64,000 nt of DNA from Octopus sinensis (lineage: Eukaryota): positions 168,888,001 through 168,952,000 of the forward strand of contig NC_042999.1 in the NCBI RefSeq assembly GCF_006345805.1, written 5' to 3'. Below the pieces are notes generated by a model. It was given only the letters and a program-made list of their open reading frames with translations. It did not search any database and was not told the DNA's origin. This document shows, one piece after another, positions 24,705-38,699 of the stretch (positions are counted from its first letter, which is position 1; each line of letters begins with the position of its first letter). A program made the position numbers and the translations under genes.

Positions 24705-27181
24705 TCATCATCATCATCATCATCATCGTTTAACGTCCGTTCTCCATGCTAGCATGGGTTGGACAGTTCGACCGGGGATCTGGGAAGCCAGAAGGCTGCA
24801 CCAGGCTCCAGTCTTATCTGGCAATGTTTCTACAGCTGGATGCCCTTCCTAACGCCAACCACTCCGTGAGTGTAGTGGGTGCTTTTTACGTGCCACCTGC
24901 ACAGGTGCCAGGCGAGGCTGGCAACGGCCACGGTCGGATTGGTGTATTTTATGTGCCACCGGCACGGAAGCCAGTAGAGGCGGCGCTGGCATCGGCCACG
25001 AGTCGGATAGTGCTTTTTATGTACCACCAGACCAGGGATCCTGGCTGGTTCAATTCGATTTCGCTTTCGCTTGCCCCAACATGTCTTCGCAAGCAAGGGG
25101 GTTGGCATGGGTGCCTGTCGTCGGATGAGGTTCTATATCGACTTCGCTTGCCTCAACAGGTCTTTGTGTCCAAGGGAGGAAAGGCATTCATAAGTGGGCT
25201 GGGCTCACTTGTCCTGCCTGGTCTTCTCACGTACAGCATATTTCCAAAGGTCTCAGTCGCTGGTCATTGCCTCGGTGAGACCTAAAGTTCGAAGGTCGTG
25301 CTTCACCACCTCATCCCAGGTTTTCTTGGGTCTACCTCTTCCACGGGTTCCCTCAACTGCTAGGGATTGGCACTTTCTCACACACCTATCTTCATCCATT
25401 CTTGCCACATGACCATATCAGCGCAATCGTCTCTCTTGCACACCACAACTGATGCTTCTTAGGTACAACATTTCTCTCAAGGTACTAACGCTCTGTCGAG
25501 TAAGTACACTGACATTACACTGACATCGGAGCATACTGGCTTCATTCCTCACGAGCTTACGCATGTCCTCAGCAGTCACGGCCCATGTTTCACTGCCATG
25601 TAGCATGGTTATTCGTACACATGCATCATACAGTCTGCCTTTTATTCTGAGCGAGAGGCCTTTAGTCACCAGCAGAGGTAAGAGCTCCCTAAACTTTGCC
25701 CAGGCTCTTCTTATTCTAGCAGTTACACTTTCAGCGCACCCACCCCCACTACTGACTTGGTCACCTAGATAACGGAAGCTATCAACTACTTCTAGTTTTT
25801 CCCCCTGGAAAGTGACGGAAGTTGTTTTCTGCAGATTTTCGGAGGTCAATGCTCCCGAGCATCTGCCACATACAAAAACTATCTTCCCAGTTAGCCTACC
25901 TTTGACATTGCTGCACCTCTTATGTGTCCATAGCTTACACTGGGTACATCTTATAGAGTTTCTACCTACACCTTTTCTACAGATCGAGCAGGGCCATCTT
26001 CCTGAAGACATTTGTGGATTGTCTACCTTCCTACTTATTAGTACTTTAGTTTTAGCTAGGTTGACTCTAAGGCCCCTCGATTCTAAACCCTCCTTCCACA
26101 CCTGGAACATCTCTTCCAGTTCTGATAGTGACTCAGCAATTAGAGCAAGGTCGTCAGCATAGAGGAGCTCCCAGGGGCAACCTGTCTTGAATTCCTCCGT
26201 AATTGCCTGGAGGACTATGATAAATAGGAGGGGGCTCAGTACTGAACCCTGGTGGACCCCAACCTCAACTTTGAATTCTTCTGTGTACATGTTGCCAACC
26301 CTAACCTTACTTACGGCATCTCTGTACATGGCTTGCACAGCCCTCACCAGCCATTCATCTATCCCTAGTTTTCTCATTGACCACCAGATAAGGGATCGGG
26401 GGACCCTATCAAAGGCTTTCTCCATGTCAACTAAAGCCAGGTACAGGGGCTTATCTTTGGCTAGGTATTTTTCCTGCAGCTGCCTTACCAGGAATATAGC
26501 ATCAGTGGTACTTTTCCCTGGCACAAACCCAAACTGCATCTCATCTAAACTAACTCTCTCTCTAATTAGTTGGGCGATGACCCTCTCCGTAACCTTCATT
26601 ACCTGATCCAACAGCTTGATACCTCTGTAATTATTTGTATCTAGGGCATCACCTTTACCTTTGTAGCAGTTGACTAGTATGCTGCTACACCAGTCATTGG
26701 GTATGACTCCTTCGTGTATCACCTGGTTGACTATACGGGTGACTAGGTTATAGCCGACACTGCCAGATAATTTGAGCATCTCTGCAGTAATTCCTGATGG
26801 GCCTGGGGCTTTCCCTGTCTTCGTGCTTCTAATTGCTTTAACTACCAAAGAATTTTCAACTCGGATGGCTGGTCCCTCTGTTGGGTTGACATTCGGCAGA
26901 CTCTCTTTATCCCATTCATTTTCCTTATTCAGCAACCTTTCATAGTGGCATCTCCAAACCTCTCTCTTTGCATCCTCATTTAGCGCAAGTGAACCATCAT
27001 TCATGCGAACACACTTCTCTCCTATCACATCACGATTCTCTCTCACACACTGTCTTGCAACACGAAATACCTCAAGTCTTTCATCCTCACAGCGCAGAAC
27101 ATTGGCAAATTTTTTCTTATCCGCTTCCCCTCTGCCTAAATAAACCTGTCTCCTAGCTTCCCTTCTTGCTGTCTGATACAT
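24705..27181 (-). mobile_element. 5'-truncated RTE LINE (RT with PHD-like finger, 3'UTR, (TGA)n tail)
   Basis: ORF 25418-27181 with QFGFVPGKST, DMEKAFDRV, GVHQGSVLSPLLF, YADD; in-frame stop at LR*YGHVA. Confidence 0.95.
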
Positions 27182-27252
27182 ATATTATATAATATATATA
27201 TATATATGTTATATTATAGTATATTAATATTTAACATATATATATATATATA

Positions 27253-30200
27253 TCATCATCATCATCATCATCATCATTTAGCGTCCGTTTTCCATGCTAG
27301 CATGGGTTGGACGGTTCTACTGGGGTCTGTGAAGCCAGAAGGCTTCATCAGGCCCAGTCAAATCTGGCAGTGTTTCTACGGCTGGATGCCCTTCCTAATG
27401 CCAACCACTCCGTGAGTGTAGTGGGTGCTTTTTACGTGCCACCCGCACTGGTGCCAGACAGAGCTGGCAAACGGCCACGAACGGATGGTGCTTTTTATGT
27501 GCCACCGGTACGAGGGCCAGGCGAGACTGGCAATGGACACGAAACGGGGCGGTGCTGGCAACAGTCGCAAAACGGAAAGTTCTCTTACATGCCACCGGCA
27601 CTGGTAACACATCTGCAATTTCCATTGATCGATTTCCATTGATCGATTTTGATTCTGATCCTCACTTGCCTCAATGGGTCTTCACAAGCAGAGTTTCGAC
27701 ATGCCACCGGCACTGGTAGCACATCCGCAATTTCCATTGATCGATTTCGATTCTGATCCTCACTTGCCTCAACACGTCTTCACAAGTAGAGTTTTGTGTC
27801 CCAAGAAGGGAAGGAAGGTATGCATACGTAGGCTGGCTCCATCCCATGTAGAAGGCCACGGGTTGTGGACTCACTTGTCCTGCCGGGTCTTCTCGCGCAC
27901 AGCACACTTCCAGAGGTCTCGGTCTCTAGTCATTTCCTCAGTGAGACCTAAAGTTCGAAGGTCGTGCTTCACCACCTCGTCCCAGGTTTTCCTGGGTCTG
28001 CCTCTTCCACAGGTTCCCTCAACCGCTAGGGTGTGGCACTTTTTCACACAACTATCTTCATCCATTCTCGCCACATGACCATACCAGCGCAAACGTCTCT
28101 CTTGCACACCACAACTGATGCTTCTTAGGTCCAGCTTTTCTCTCAAGGTACTTACACTCTGCCGAGTGTGAGTACCGGCATTACACATCCATCAGAGCAT
28201 ACTGGCTTCATTTCTAGCGAGCTTACGCATATCCTCAGCAGTCACGGCCCATGTTTCACTGCCATGTAGCATGGCTGTTCGTACACACGCATCATACAGT
28301 CTGCCTTTCACTCTGTGCGAGAGGCCTTTTGTCACCAGCAGAGGTAAGAGCTCTCTGAACTTTGCCCAAGCTATTCTTACTCTAGCAGTTACACTTTCAG
28401 CACACCCGCCCCTGCTGCTGACTTGGTCACCTAGGTAACGGAAACTATCAACTATTTCTAGTTTTTCTCCCTGGAAAGTGACGGAAGTTGGATCTCAGAG
28501 CATTTTCAGTGTTTATTGTTCCTGAGCATCTGCCACATACAAAAACCATCTTCCTAGTTAGCCTTCCTTTGACATTGCTGCATCTCTTATGTGTCCATAG
28601 CTTACACTTGGTGCATCTTATAGAGTTTCTACCTACACCTTTTCTACAGATCGAGCAGGGCCATCTACCTGAAGGTGTTTGTGATTTGTCTACCTTCCTA
28701 CTGATTACGACTTTGGTTTTAGCTAGATTGACTCTGAGGCCCTTCGATTCTAATCCTTGTTTCCACACCTGAAACTTCTCCTCCAGTTCTGATAGCGACT
28801 CAGCAATTAGAGCAAGGTCATCAGCATAGAGGAGCTCCCAAGGGCATCCTGTCTTGAATTCCTCCGTTATTGCCTGGAGGACTATGATAAATAGGAGGGG
28901 GCTGAGTACTGAGCCTTAGTGGACCCCTACCTCTACCCGGAATTCTTCACTGTACTCATTTCCAACCCTCACCCTACTAGCGGCGTCCCTTACATGGCCC
29001 GCACAGCTCTCACTAACCATTCATCTATCCCTAGTTTTTCTCATTGCCCACCAGATAAGGGATCGGGGGACCCTGTCGAAGGCTTTCTCCATGTCAACAA
29101 AAGCCAGGTACAGGGGCTTATATTTGGCTAGGTATTTCTCCTGCAGCTGCCTTGCCAGGAATATAGCATCAGTAGTACTTTTCCCTGGCACAAACCAAAC
29201 TGCATCTCATCTAAACTAACTCTCTCTCTAATTAGTTGGGCTATGACCCTCTCCGTAAACTTCATCACCTGGTCCAACAGCTTGATACCTCTGTAGTTAT
29301 TTGTATCTAGGGCATCACCTTTACCTTTGTAGCAGTTGACTATTATACTGCTACACCAGTCATTGGGTATGACCCCTTTGTGTATCACCTGATTAACTAT
29401 ATGGGTGACTAGGCTATAGCCGACACTACCAGACATTTTGAGCATCTCTGCAGTGATTCCTGATGGGCCGGGCTTTCCCTGTCTTCATGCTTCTAATTGC
29501 CTTAGCTACCACAGAACTATCAACTCGGATAGCTGGTCCCTCTGTTGGGTCAACATTCGGCAGACTCTCTTTATCCCATTCATTTTCTTCATTCAGCAAC
29601 CTTTCATAGTGGCATCTCCAAACCTCTCTCTTTGCATCCTCATTTAGCGCAAGTGAACCATCTTCCATGCGAACACACTTCTCTCCTACCACATCACGAT
29701 TCTCTCTCACACACTGTCTTGCAACACGAAACACCTCCAGTCTTTGGTCCTCACGGCGCAGAACATTGGCAAATTTTCTTATCTGCTTCCCCTCTGGCTA
29801 AATAAACCTGTCTCCTAGCTCTCTTTTGGCAGTCTGATACATTCCCTGCTACCCCCATTTTTCCAGACCTTCCAAGCCTGTCTCTTTTCTCTAATAGCCC
29901 TGTCTACAATATTGTTCCACCACCACGTTATTCTAGGTCGAGAGGGGACTTTGCACCAGCCACAGATCTGGTCAGTGGCTCTCAGCAGGTTGTCCCTTAG
30001 AAACGTCCAGCTGTCTTCTACCCCCTGTGATGCTCTATCCCCTTCTACTTCGTCAGAGGCTTCAAGTAATATGTCCCTAAATCTCTGTCCATTTGCAGGA
30101 TCTTTAAGCTTCCAGATCCTTCTCTCCATATTTGTCGTCTTCGGTTGTCCTCCTAGTCCTGATCCTAAAGTCACTAACTACCAGTCTATGTTGTGGGGTA

Positions 30201-32051
30201 CATTCTTCCCCTGGGAAGGTTTTGGCATTTATAAGCAGCCATCTCTCCCTTTGCCTTGTAAGGATGTAGTCAATTTGGCTGGTATGTTGGCCCGATTGGT
30301 AAGTGACTAGGTGGCTGGTAGGTTTCCTGAAGTTAGTGTTGCAAATCATAAGATTATTTGCATCGCAGAACTCCAGCAGCCTGGTTCCCTCCTCGTTGCG
30401 GGAGCCATAGCCATAGCCTCCATGTACGCCATGGAAGCCCCCAGCATGTCGTCCAACGTGACCATTGAAGTCACCAGCCACAAAGATAAGGTCTCTGTCG
30501 TTCGTCAATGAGGTAGTCTGCAGTAGAGTGTCATAGAATCGGTCTTTCTGTCCATCGGGTAGCCCCGACTGAGGAGCATAGGCTGATATAATGGTTGCTA
30601 AACTATGATGAAGCACTAATCTAATCTTAAGTATTCTGTCACTTACTCTGATTACCTCAATTACTTTATCTACCCATTTCTCAGCGATAAGTATACCCAC
30701 GCCACCAACCCCGTCAGTGTTCCCTGCCCAGAAAATCTTGTACCTGCGTTCCTTGCCTGTGAGGAACCTAGCTGATCCTCCTCTCCACCTTATTTCTTGC
30801 ATGCAACATATATCCACACATCTCCGTTCAAGCATCTCGACTATCTCACCAGACCTACCTTTCAGAGTGCCAACGTTGAGGGTGCCAACCCTGAGGGTGT
30901 GGAAGGCATGGGCTCTAGAGACCCTGGGACGGTGGACAGTAGCTTCGTGTACCTGAAAAGAAAGCTCGCATTTGGCAGAATTCATGTGCAAGAAATGAAG
31001 TAGTAAAGTAGCCTTCAGTACAACCTGCATAACGCTAGCCTTTCATATTTTGCACTGTATGAACATTACTTTACATAGGTCGAGACTAGGGGTAGGGAGG
31101 GGTAGGGATGGTGAGAGCATTTGCAGTCTTCATGGGAAGCAACCCCGGAATGGAAGAGAATAGGAACTTCCGTGGTGGGGGTGGGAGGGCGGGTGCACCG
31201 TAGCTGAATAAAGAGGTTCTGTTAATCGTGAGCTAGCAAATGGGTTTGTATGAATCGGGAGACAATACTAAACGAAAAATTGAAAAATTGAAAAATCAGA
31301 GTGGCTATGAACCTGGAGACAAGTCTAAACGAAAAAAAAATGTTTGAGCTAGACAGGGTAATGAGGGAATACTGAAAGAATGAGGGACAATACAATGAGA
31401 TGGAAATTGAAGAATAGAGAAAGAATAAGGATAAGTGCAAGAAAGAAGGTAGTCGTAGCGAGGTTGGACGATTCACTTAACTTTTAGCCATTCATGATCT
31501 GTGCGTATTCTTTAGATATTTTGAAGCGAGTGGGGGTTAACGATAAATGCGATCGCTCTTTTATGTATGGCGATGATGGTTTTGGGGAGGGGGGGCATAG
31601 AGGACCATGGCGATGATGGTTATGGGAAGGGGGGACATAGCGAGAGAGAGATAGGGTTAGTTAGAGAGAGAGGTCAAGGGACACGTGACAATAAGCGGTG
31701 TGTGAGGGAATTTGACTGGGGACGGCATTGTCGATAAATAAACATTAGATAAATAGGTTTGAAAATCAGAAAAATCAGAGGGAATATCATTATTGATAGC
31801 TAATATAACACCGTAGCTGAGTAAAGAGGTTCTGTTAATCGTGAGCTAGCAAATGGGTTTGTATGAATCGGGAGACAATACTAAACGAAAGATTGAAAAA
31901 TTGAAAAATCAGAGTGGCTATGAACCTGGAGACAAGTCTAAACGAAAAAAAAAAAAATGTTTGAGCTAGACAGGGTAATGAGGGAATACTGAAAGAATGA
32001 GGGACAATACAATGAGATGGAAATTGAAGAATAGAGAAAGAATAAGGATAA
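27253..32051 (-). mobile_element. Near full-length RTE LINE (APE endonuclease plus RT, frameshifted) with 5' region
   Basis: APE at 30104-31030 (TLNVGTL, QEIRW, SAYAPQ, GDFNGHVG, IDYIL); RT fragments 27871-29734; (TGA)n tail at ~27253-27277. The 5' boundary is uncertain. Confidence 0.92.
31196..32051. repeat. ~239-bp near-identical direct repeat (31196-31434 and 31809-32051), 613-bp period
   Basis: CACCGTAGCTGA...AGAATAAGGATAA occurs twice. Confidence 0.9.
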
Positions 32052-32309
32052 TATATATATATATAATATATATAATATTATAATTATATATATATTATAA
32101 TATATATATATATTATAATATATATATATCATGCTAGCATGGAAAGCAGACGTTAAACGATGATGATGATAATTTATATATATATAATATATATATATAT
32201 ATAGACACATGTACTTACATATGCATAATTGTCTTTTTAGTGCTACTTTGGCATGTTATCTATAATTTAAAGGGAGATTACTTAAGATTACTTTTTAATT
32301 TACTGTTCA

Positions 32310-32540
32310 ATGAGTAAAAACCCTTAACATATTGGTAAAAGAATTTTACAATGTGATCAGTGACGAGACGAAGGTAGTTGCATTTTTACAAAAAAAATGG
32401 ACTTTTAGATGACAAAGAAAACGTTGCACCATGTCATCGGTGAGGTGGAGAAATGAAAGAAGCTCGAAGACAAGGGGGGAATGGTGAAATTTTGCCAACT
32501 TTACATTGCAAAACTCATGGCTACCAAACTTGTGTGATCT
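32310..32540 (+). pseudogene. Merlin/IS1595-like transposase N-terminal fragment
   Basis: KEFYNVISDETKVVAFLQ..GLLDDKENVAPCHR*GGEMKEARR, a zinc-ribbon-like start. Confidence 0.5.
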
Positions 32541-32901
32541 GCTCGATAAAATAAAAAATAAAAATAAATATAAATGAAACATGGTTTTATTATTATTAGA
32601 AAAGTAAGAATTTTGAAAAACACATTTACAATGCTGAGTAGGTACAAAGGAATTTATAAAAAGTATTTAGAAATTGAAAAGTAAACTAAAAAGTAACGTT
32701 TAATGTGCAGCTTACACAACAAAGTAGCACTGTCTTTTTTTGCAATTATTGTCTGACATGTGCAACATAATTTTAACATGATAAATATAGTGTAAAAATA
32801 TTCATAAATAATCTTTGTGTATCTCTAGGAAAAACATTGTAACAATATATTTTTAATGAAAATTGTTGAATAGACAGTAGAGAGTGTACTGGTGAGTAAG
32901 T

Positions 32902-32951
<50 letters not shown>

Positions 32952-33506
32952 ATATGATATATGGAATAAAAACATTTTAATAAAAACAATTCAATAGAGC
33001 AACAGAAAGAGATGTATGTTGCAGTGAATACAGATGAGTTTTGTGAGGGAAGAGTCTGCTTGAATCTTCAATGATAAATAATGTATACAAATGTCATTTT
33101 GATAAAAAATATATTAAAACTGAAACTTATATGAATAAGCAGCTTTCTTTATTATAGTATAGATGATGTATGTCTATGTATGTATATATATATATTTATA
33201 CACTCACATACACAAACACACACACATACATACATACATATACATATATATATATATATAAATTCATAATTAATCAATATAGGGTGGCAAAAAAAAAAAA
33301 AAAAAAAAATTTTGTAGAATTTTTTGCCACCAGCGGCCTAGTGGGAAAAAATTAAATAGTCATAGACCATTTATAAGTTCAACATCACAATCAAGGAACG
33401 GCCATAATAGGCCATTCACCCACTAGAAATAACAGCCAAAGCTTCAACCGCAAAATAACATTAATTCCGCAAACCAGGAGAAAATTAAAAAAACATTTAC
33501 CCTGTA

Positions 33507-33613
33507 ATTTCTTATACGATGCACCGTTTCATCTACTGTTTAATGGTAAACTAACCTGATTAAATTAAATCAAGCCAATCTTCCATAGGCCCTTAGATTC
33601 GTCAGTAAGAAAT
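33507..33613 (-). ncRNA. Type I hammerhead ribozyme candidate (left arm)
   Basis: Reverse complement of 33812-33918. Confidence 0.8.
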
Positions 33614-33811
33614 AGCCAGAACGGAACAGATATTTTCACGAGGCATTTCTGTCCCTGCCTCGGCAATATCTGACCCAAAATGGAATCGGCGGCTTATATT
33701 TATTTGCTGCCGATAAATTTGGCGCGAGTGCGATGATTTGAAAATTTTAGGTCAGATATTGCCGAGGCAGGGACAGAAATGCCTCGTGAAAATATCTGTT
33801 CCGTTCTGGCT

Positions 33812-33918
33812 ATTTCTTACTGACGAATCTAAGGGCCTATGGAAGATTGGCTTGATTTAATTTAATCAGGTTAGTTTACCATTAAACAGTAGATGAAACG
33901 GTGCATCGTATAAGAAAT
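33812..33918 (+). ncRNA. Type I hammerhead ribozyme candidate (right arm)
   Basis: ATTTCTTA-CTGACGA-ATCT..AGAT-GAAA-CGGTGCATCG-TA-TAAGAAAT, 8-bp stem I. Confidence 0.8.
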
Positions 33919-34141
33919 TACAGGGTAAATGTTTTTTAATTTTCTCCTGGTTTGCGGAATTAATGTTATTTTGCGGTTGAAGCTTTGGCTGTTATTTCTA
34001 GTGGGTGAATGGCCTATTATGCCCGTTCCTTGATTGTGATATATATATATATACTGTATGTTTATTCATATAGATGTATGTATATGCACACACATACACA
34101 TGTATATGTATATATATATATAATATATATATATATATATG

Positions 34142-34192
<51 letters not shown>

Positions 34193-34202
34193 ATATACAT
34201 AC

Positions 34203-34233
<31 letters not shown>

Positions 34234-34359
34234 ATGTTTTTATTCATATGAATTTACTTATATTCATATGAATATACGCGTACATATATATGTAAGTATA
34301 TATATATGTATGTGTGTGTAGATATATATTACATATGCATGTATATATAATACATATAT

Positions 34360-34511
34360 GAGTGGCTGTGTGGTGAGAAGTTTGCTCCACAACCACATAG
34401 TTCTGGGTTCAGTCCCACTCTGTGGCCCCTTGGGCAAATGTCTTCTACTATAGCCTCAGGCCAACCAAAGCCTTGTGAGTGGATTTGGTAGACGAAAACC
34501 GAATGAAGCCT

Positions 34512-34552
<41 letters not shown>

Positions 34553-34771
34553 TGTATGTATGTATTTGTCTTCTTGTGTTTGTCCCCCCACCCCATCGCT
34601 TGACAACTAATGTTGGTGTTTACGTCCCTGCAACTTAGCAGTTCAGCAAAAGAAACTGATAGAATAAGTACTATGCTTACAAAGAATAAGTCCTGGGGTT
34701 GATTTGTCCAACTAAAAGTGGTGCTCTAGCATGGCCAAAGTCAAATGACTAGAGTAAGTAAAAGAATAAAA
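34360..34771 (+). mobile_element. SINE (8566 family), diverged
   Basis: GAGTGGCTGTGTGG head and matching body and tail. Confidence 0.85.
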
Positions 34772-35159
34772 CAATATATACATATACATATATATATATA
34801 TATGTATAGAAATTAAATATAAAATATAAATTACAAAGTGGGACAAGAACGCAAAAGCACACAAAGAGACGACACCAAAAAAACAGATGGGCCACTCGAA
34901 GCCTCTAATCTTCAGTCGGGAACCGGATCATCTTAGCAATTTCGGCTGTTTAATCTCGATATCGCTCCGAACCGGCCAGCCCCAAGGAAAAACTAAGCCA
35001 TAGGCATTAGATTTCTTGGAAAGAGGATCGAATGTATACAGAACAAAGACAGGATGCCACACGAATATAAATACAAGAAACAAGAAATAGAAATAAGAAA
35101 CAAGAATGGTAAACAGGACAAAAACAGCATACATATTACTGGCACTTTCTCAGTTACAA

Positions 35160-35443
35160 CGATGAAGGTTCCAGTTGATCAAATCAATGGAACAGCCTGC
35201 TCATGAAATTACCATGCATGTGACTGAGTACTCCACAGACATGTGTACCCTGAATATAGTCCTTAGAGAGATTTACTGTGACACAAAGTGTGACAAGGCT
35301 GGCCCTTTGAAATACAGGTACTACTCAGACTGGAGCAATGTGAAATAAAGTATGTTGCCCAAGAACAAGTGTTGCCAGGAATTCAACTCACGGCCTTACA
35401 ATTGTGAGCCAAATACCCTAGCCACTAAGCCACATACCTTCAC
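35160..35443 (-). mobile_element. Diverged copy of the 3730 SINE
   Basis: Reverse-complement similarity (GGCCCTTTGAAATACAGGTAC, CCACTAAGCC). Confidence 0.8.
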
Positions 35444-35594
35444 ACACACACACTATAATGACTCGTCCTTCTAATAGTTGTTTTCCCTGTCTGCCTTTGT
35501 ATCATCTATGGCATTTTTGTTCCATTTTTTATATTTATATATATACATATAGCGCTGTACATACACACTTTTATTCACCTCCCTCCCTCTCTCT

Positions 35595-35669
<75 letters not shown>

Positions 35670-35850
35670 ACACACAAATTTTAAAAAAACACACAAATTT
35701 CCACACGAAGGCACGTTATCTCTGCCCTTGGCATGTAGCTTCAACCATGTTTTCTGACGTGAATTTGCTACCCGGGTATCAGTTAACCGAATTATCCATA
35801 CTAGGATAATTCAATCAACTACTTATATATTATATATATATATATAATAT

Positions 35851-35911
<61 letters not shown>

Positions 35912-36019
35912 TTCTTCCATTTTCCTGAGCGCCTAATAATAATAATACTGTAATTGTTCCACGTGTTGTTGTTTTTTCTGTTTTCCCGTTTGGATTAACC
36001 TTATATATATATATATATA

Positions 36020-37431
36020 GTTATCCGTAATAATGAAGGGTGAAATTAATTAATTTGGAATAATTATCAATTACACCAAGTAGTCTTCGGCATGTAAAAG
36101 CCTCATTCGAGGAAAATTTAAGTAATACTAAGCAATAAAGGGTTTAGCAACGAATTGCCTTACCACATACCGAATTTAGAAATAGCAGTCAAAGAGTTAT
36201 AGCTATTTCTTCTACTAAAAAGGGAGATCTCAGTAAAAACAGCAATTGGAAGGCAGACACAAACAGGTAAGAGAGAATGAATTGACGGCAATCTATCATA
36301 CAATTTTAAGTTATCTACGGACGTACGTTTCGAAATCAAGTTTTTAGGAAAGCATAAGAATTAAATATTAAATAATTCTATCTCACCAAAACTTCTTTTC
36401 TCTTCGAAAAATATTTCGTGAAACTATAATCATAAATCAAGTTTTTAGGAAAGCATAAGAATTAAATATTAAATAATTCTATCTCACCAAAACTTCTTTT
36501 CTCTTCGAAAAATATTTCGTGAAACTATAATCATAAATGATTATATATTGAATTTTGAGATACTAGAAGGCACCAACTCAACTCAGTATCAGAGCGAGCT
36601 AGAATCCGCAACTAGTATCACCAAATTCAATGTGTGAATGAAAAGATTGTGTCAACAGCCCCTTCCCACCCGCGTGTAGCCAAAACAAGATGCTGTGGTC
36701 ATCTACTGAGATAAAATATGGTTATCCGTAATAATGAAGGGTGAAATTAATTAATTTGGAATAATTATCAATTACACCAAGTAGTCTTCGGCATGTAAAA
36801 GCCTCATTCGAGGAAAATTTAAGTAATACTAAGCAATAAAGGGTTTAGCAACGAATTGCCTTACTTGCCTTACTTAATTGACTACTTGGTGTAATTGATA
36901 ATTATTCCAAATTAATTAATTTCACCCTTCATTATTACGGATAACCATATTTTATCTCAGTAGATGACCACAGCATCTTGTTTTGGCTACACGCGGGTGG
37001 GAAGGGGCTGGTGACACAATCTTTTCATTCACACATTGAATTTGGTGATACTAGTTGCGGATTCTAGCTTGCTCTGATACTGAGTTGAGTTGGTTGCCTT
37101 CTAGTATCTCAAAATTCAATATATAATCATTTATGATTATAGTATTCTACGCTGAAGAGAAAAGAAGTTTTGGTGAGATAGAATTATTTAATATTTAATT
37201 CTTATGCTTTCCTAAAAACTTGATTTCGAAACGTACGTCCGTAGATAACTTAAAATTGTATGATAGATTGCCGTCAATTCATTCTCTCTTACCTGTTTGT
37301 GTCTGCCTTCCAATTGCTGTTTTTACTGAGATCTCCCTTTTTAGTAGAAGAAATAGCTATAACTCTTTGACTGCTATTTCTAAATTCGGTATGTGGTAAG
37401 GCAATTCGTTGCTAAACCCTTTATTGCTTAG

Positions 37432-37432
<1 letters not shown>
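36020..37432. repeat. Tandem plus inverted ORF-less pLTR/retrozyme-like cassette
   Basis: Unit 36021-36720 restarts at 36721; internal 101-bp duplication (36333/36434); inverted copy at 36878-37432. Confidence 0.9.
37146..37245 (+). ncRNA. Type I hammerhead ribozyme candidate
   Basis: TCTACG-CTGAAGA-GAAA..TTTC-GAAA-CGTACG-TC-CGTAGA. Confidence 0.85.
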
Positions 37433-37497
<65 letters not shown>

Positions 37498-37844
37498 TAT
37501 ATTAATCCAAGTATACAATATCATATATCCATCATAGCTGATTATTACCAATCATTTTTGCACTAGGGGTTCAGCAAGGTGTTAGCTAACAGTCCAATTA
37601 TGTAACACTGTGCTCATTAGAGGTAGCCGTTCTGGAATGAAATATGGTGATGGCTGCGAAAAAACTGATGAAACAATTTCAGTAGGCGATTGAGCTAAGA
37701 GTTATGTCCCTTGACACCAAAACCTCGTCATTGAGAATGGTTTTGTTGCAAAAGTTGGAAATGTATGTGTCTTTGAAGTTGACGTTTTTGTGGAAATGGA
37801 ATGTGGGGGGGGGGGGGGTACTATGTGCATAACCTGGAGCACCG

Positions 37845-38290
<446 letters not shown>

Positions 38291-38306
38291 GTAATTCTTG
38301 CACCTA

Positions 38307-38364
<58 letters not shown>

Positions 38365-38377
38365 GTGTGTGTGTGTG

Positions 38378-38409
<32 letters not shown>

Positions 38410-38458
38410 ATATATGTATGTGTGTGTATATATATATATATATGTGTGTGTGTGTATA

Positions 38459-38529
<71 letters not shown>

Positions 38530-38542
38530 ATATATATGTATG

Positions 38543-38588
<46 letters not shown>

Positions 38589-38699
38589 TGTATGTGTATA
38601 TATATATATATAAATAAGGATAATATCGATATTTAAATATCGATATTATCAAGTGGCCAGCATGGGAAAAAATACCATACAAAGGTAATAATTTTTTAC

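Larger units (their letters stand above)
33387..34041. repeat. Near-perfect inverted repeat, ~295-bp arms and ~64-bp loop, PLE pLTR-like
   Basis: Arms 33387-33680 and 33745-34041; about three differences seen. Confidence 0.95.
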
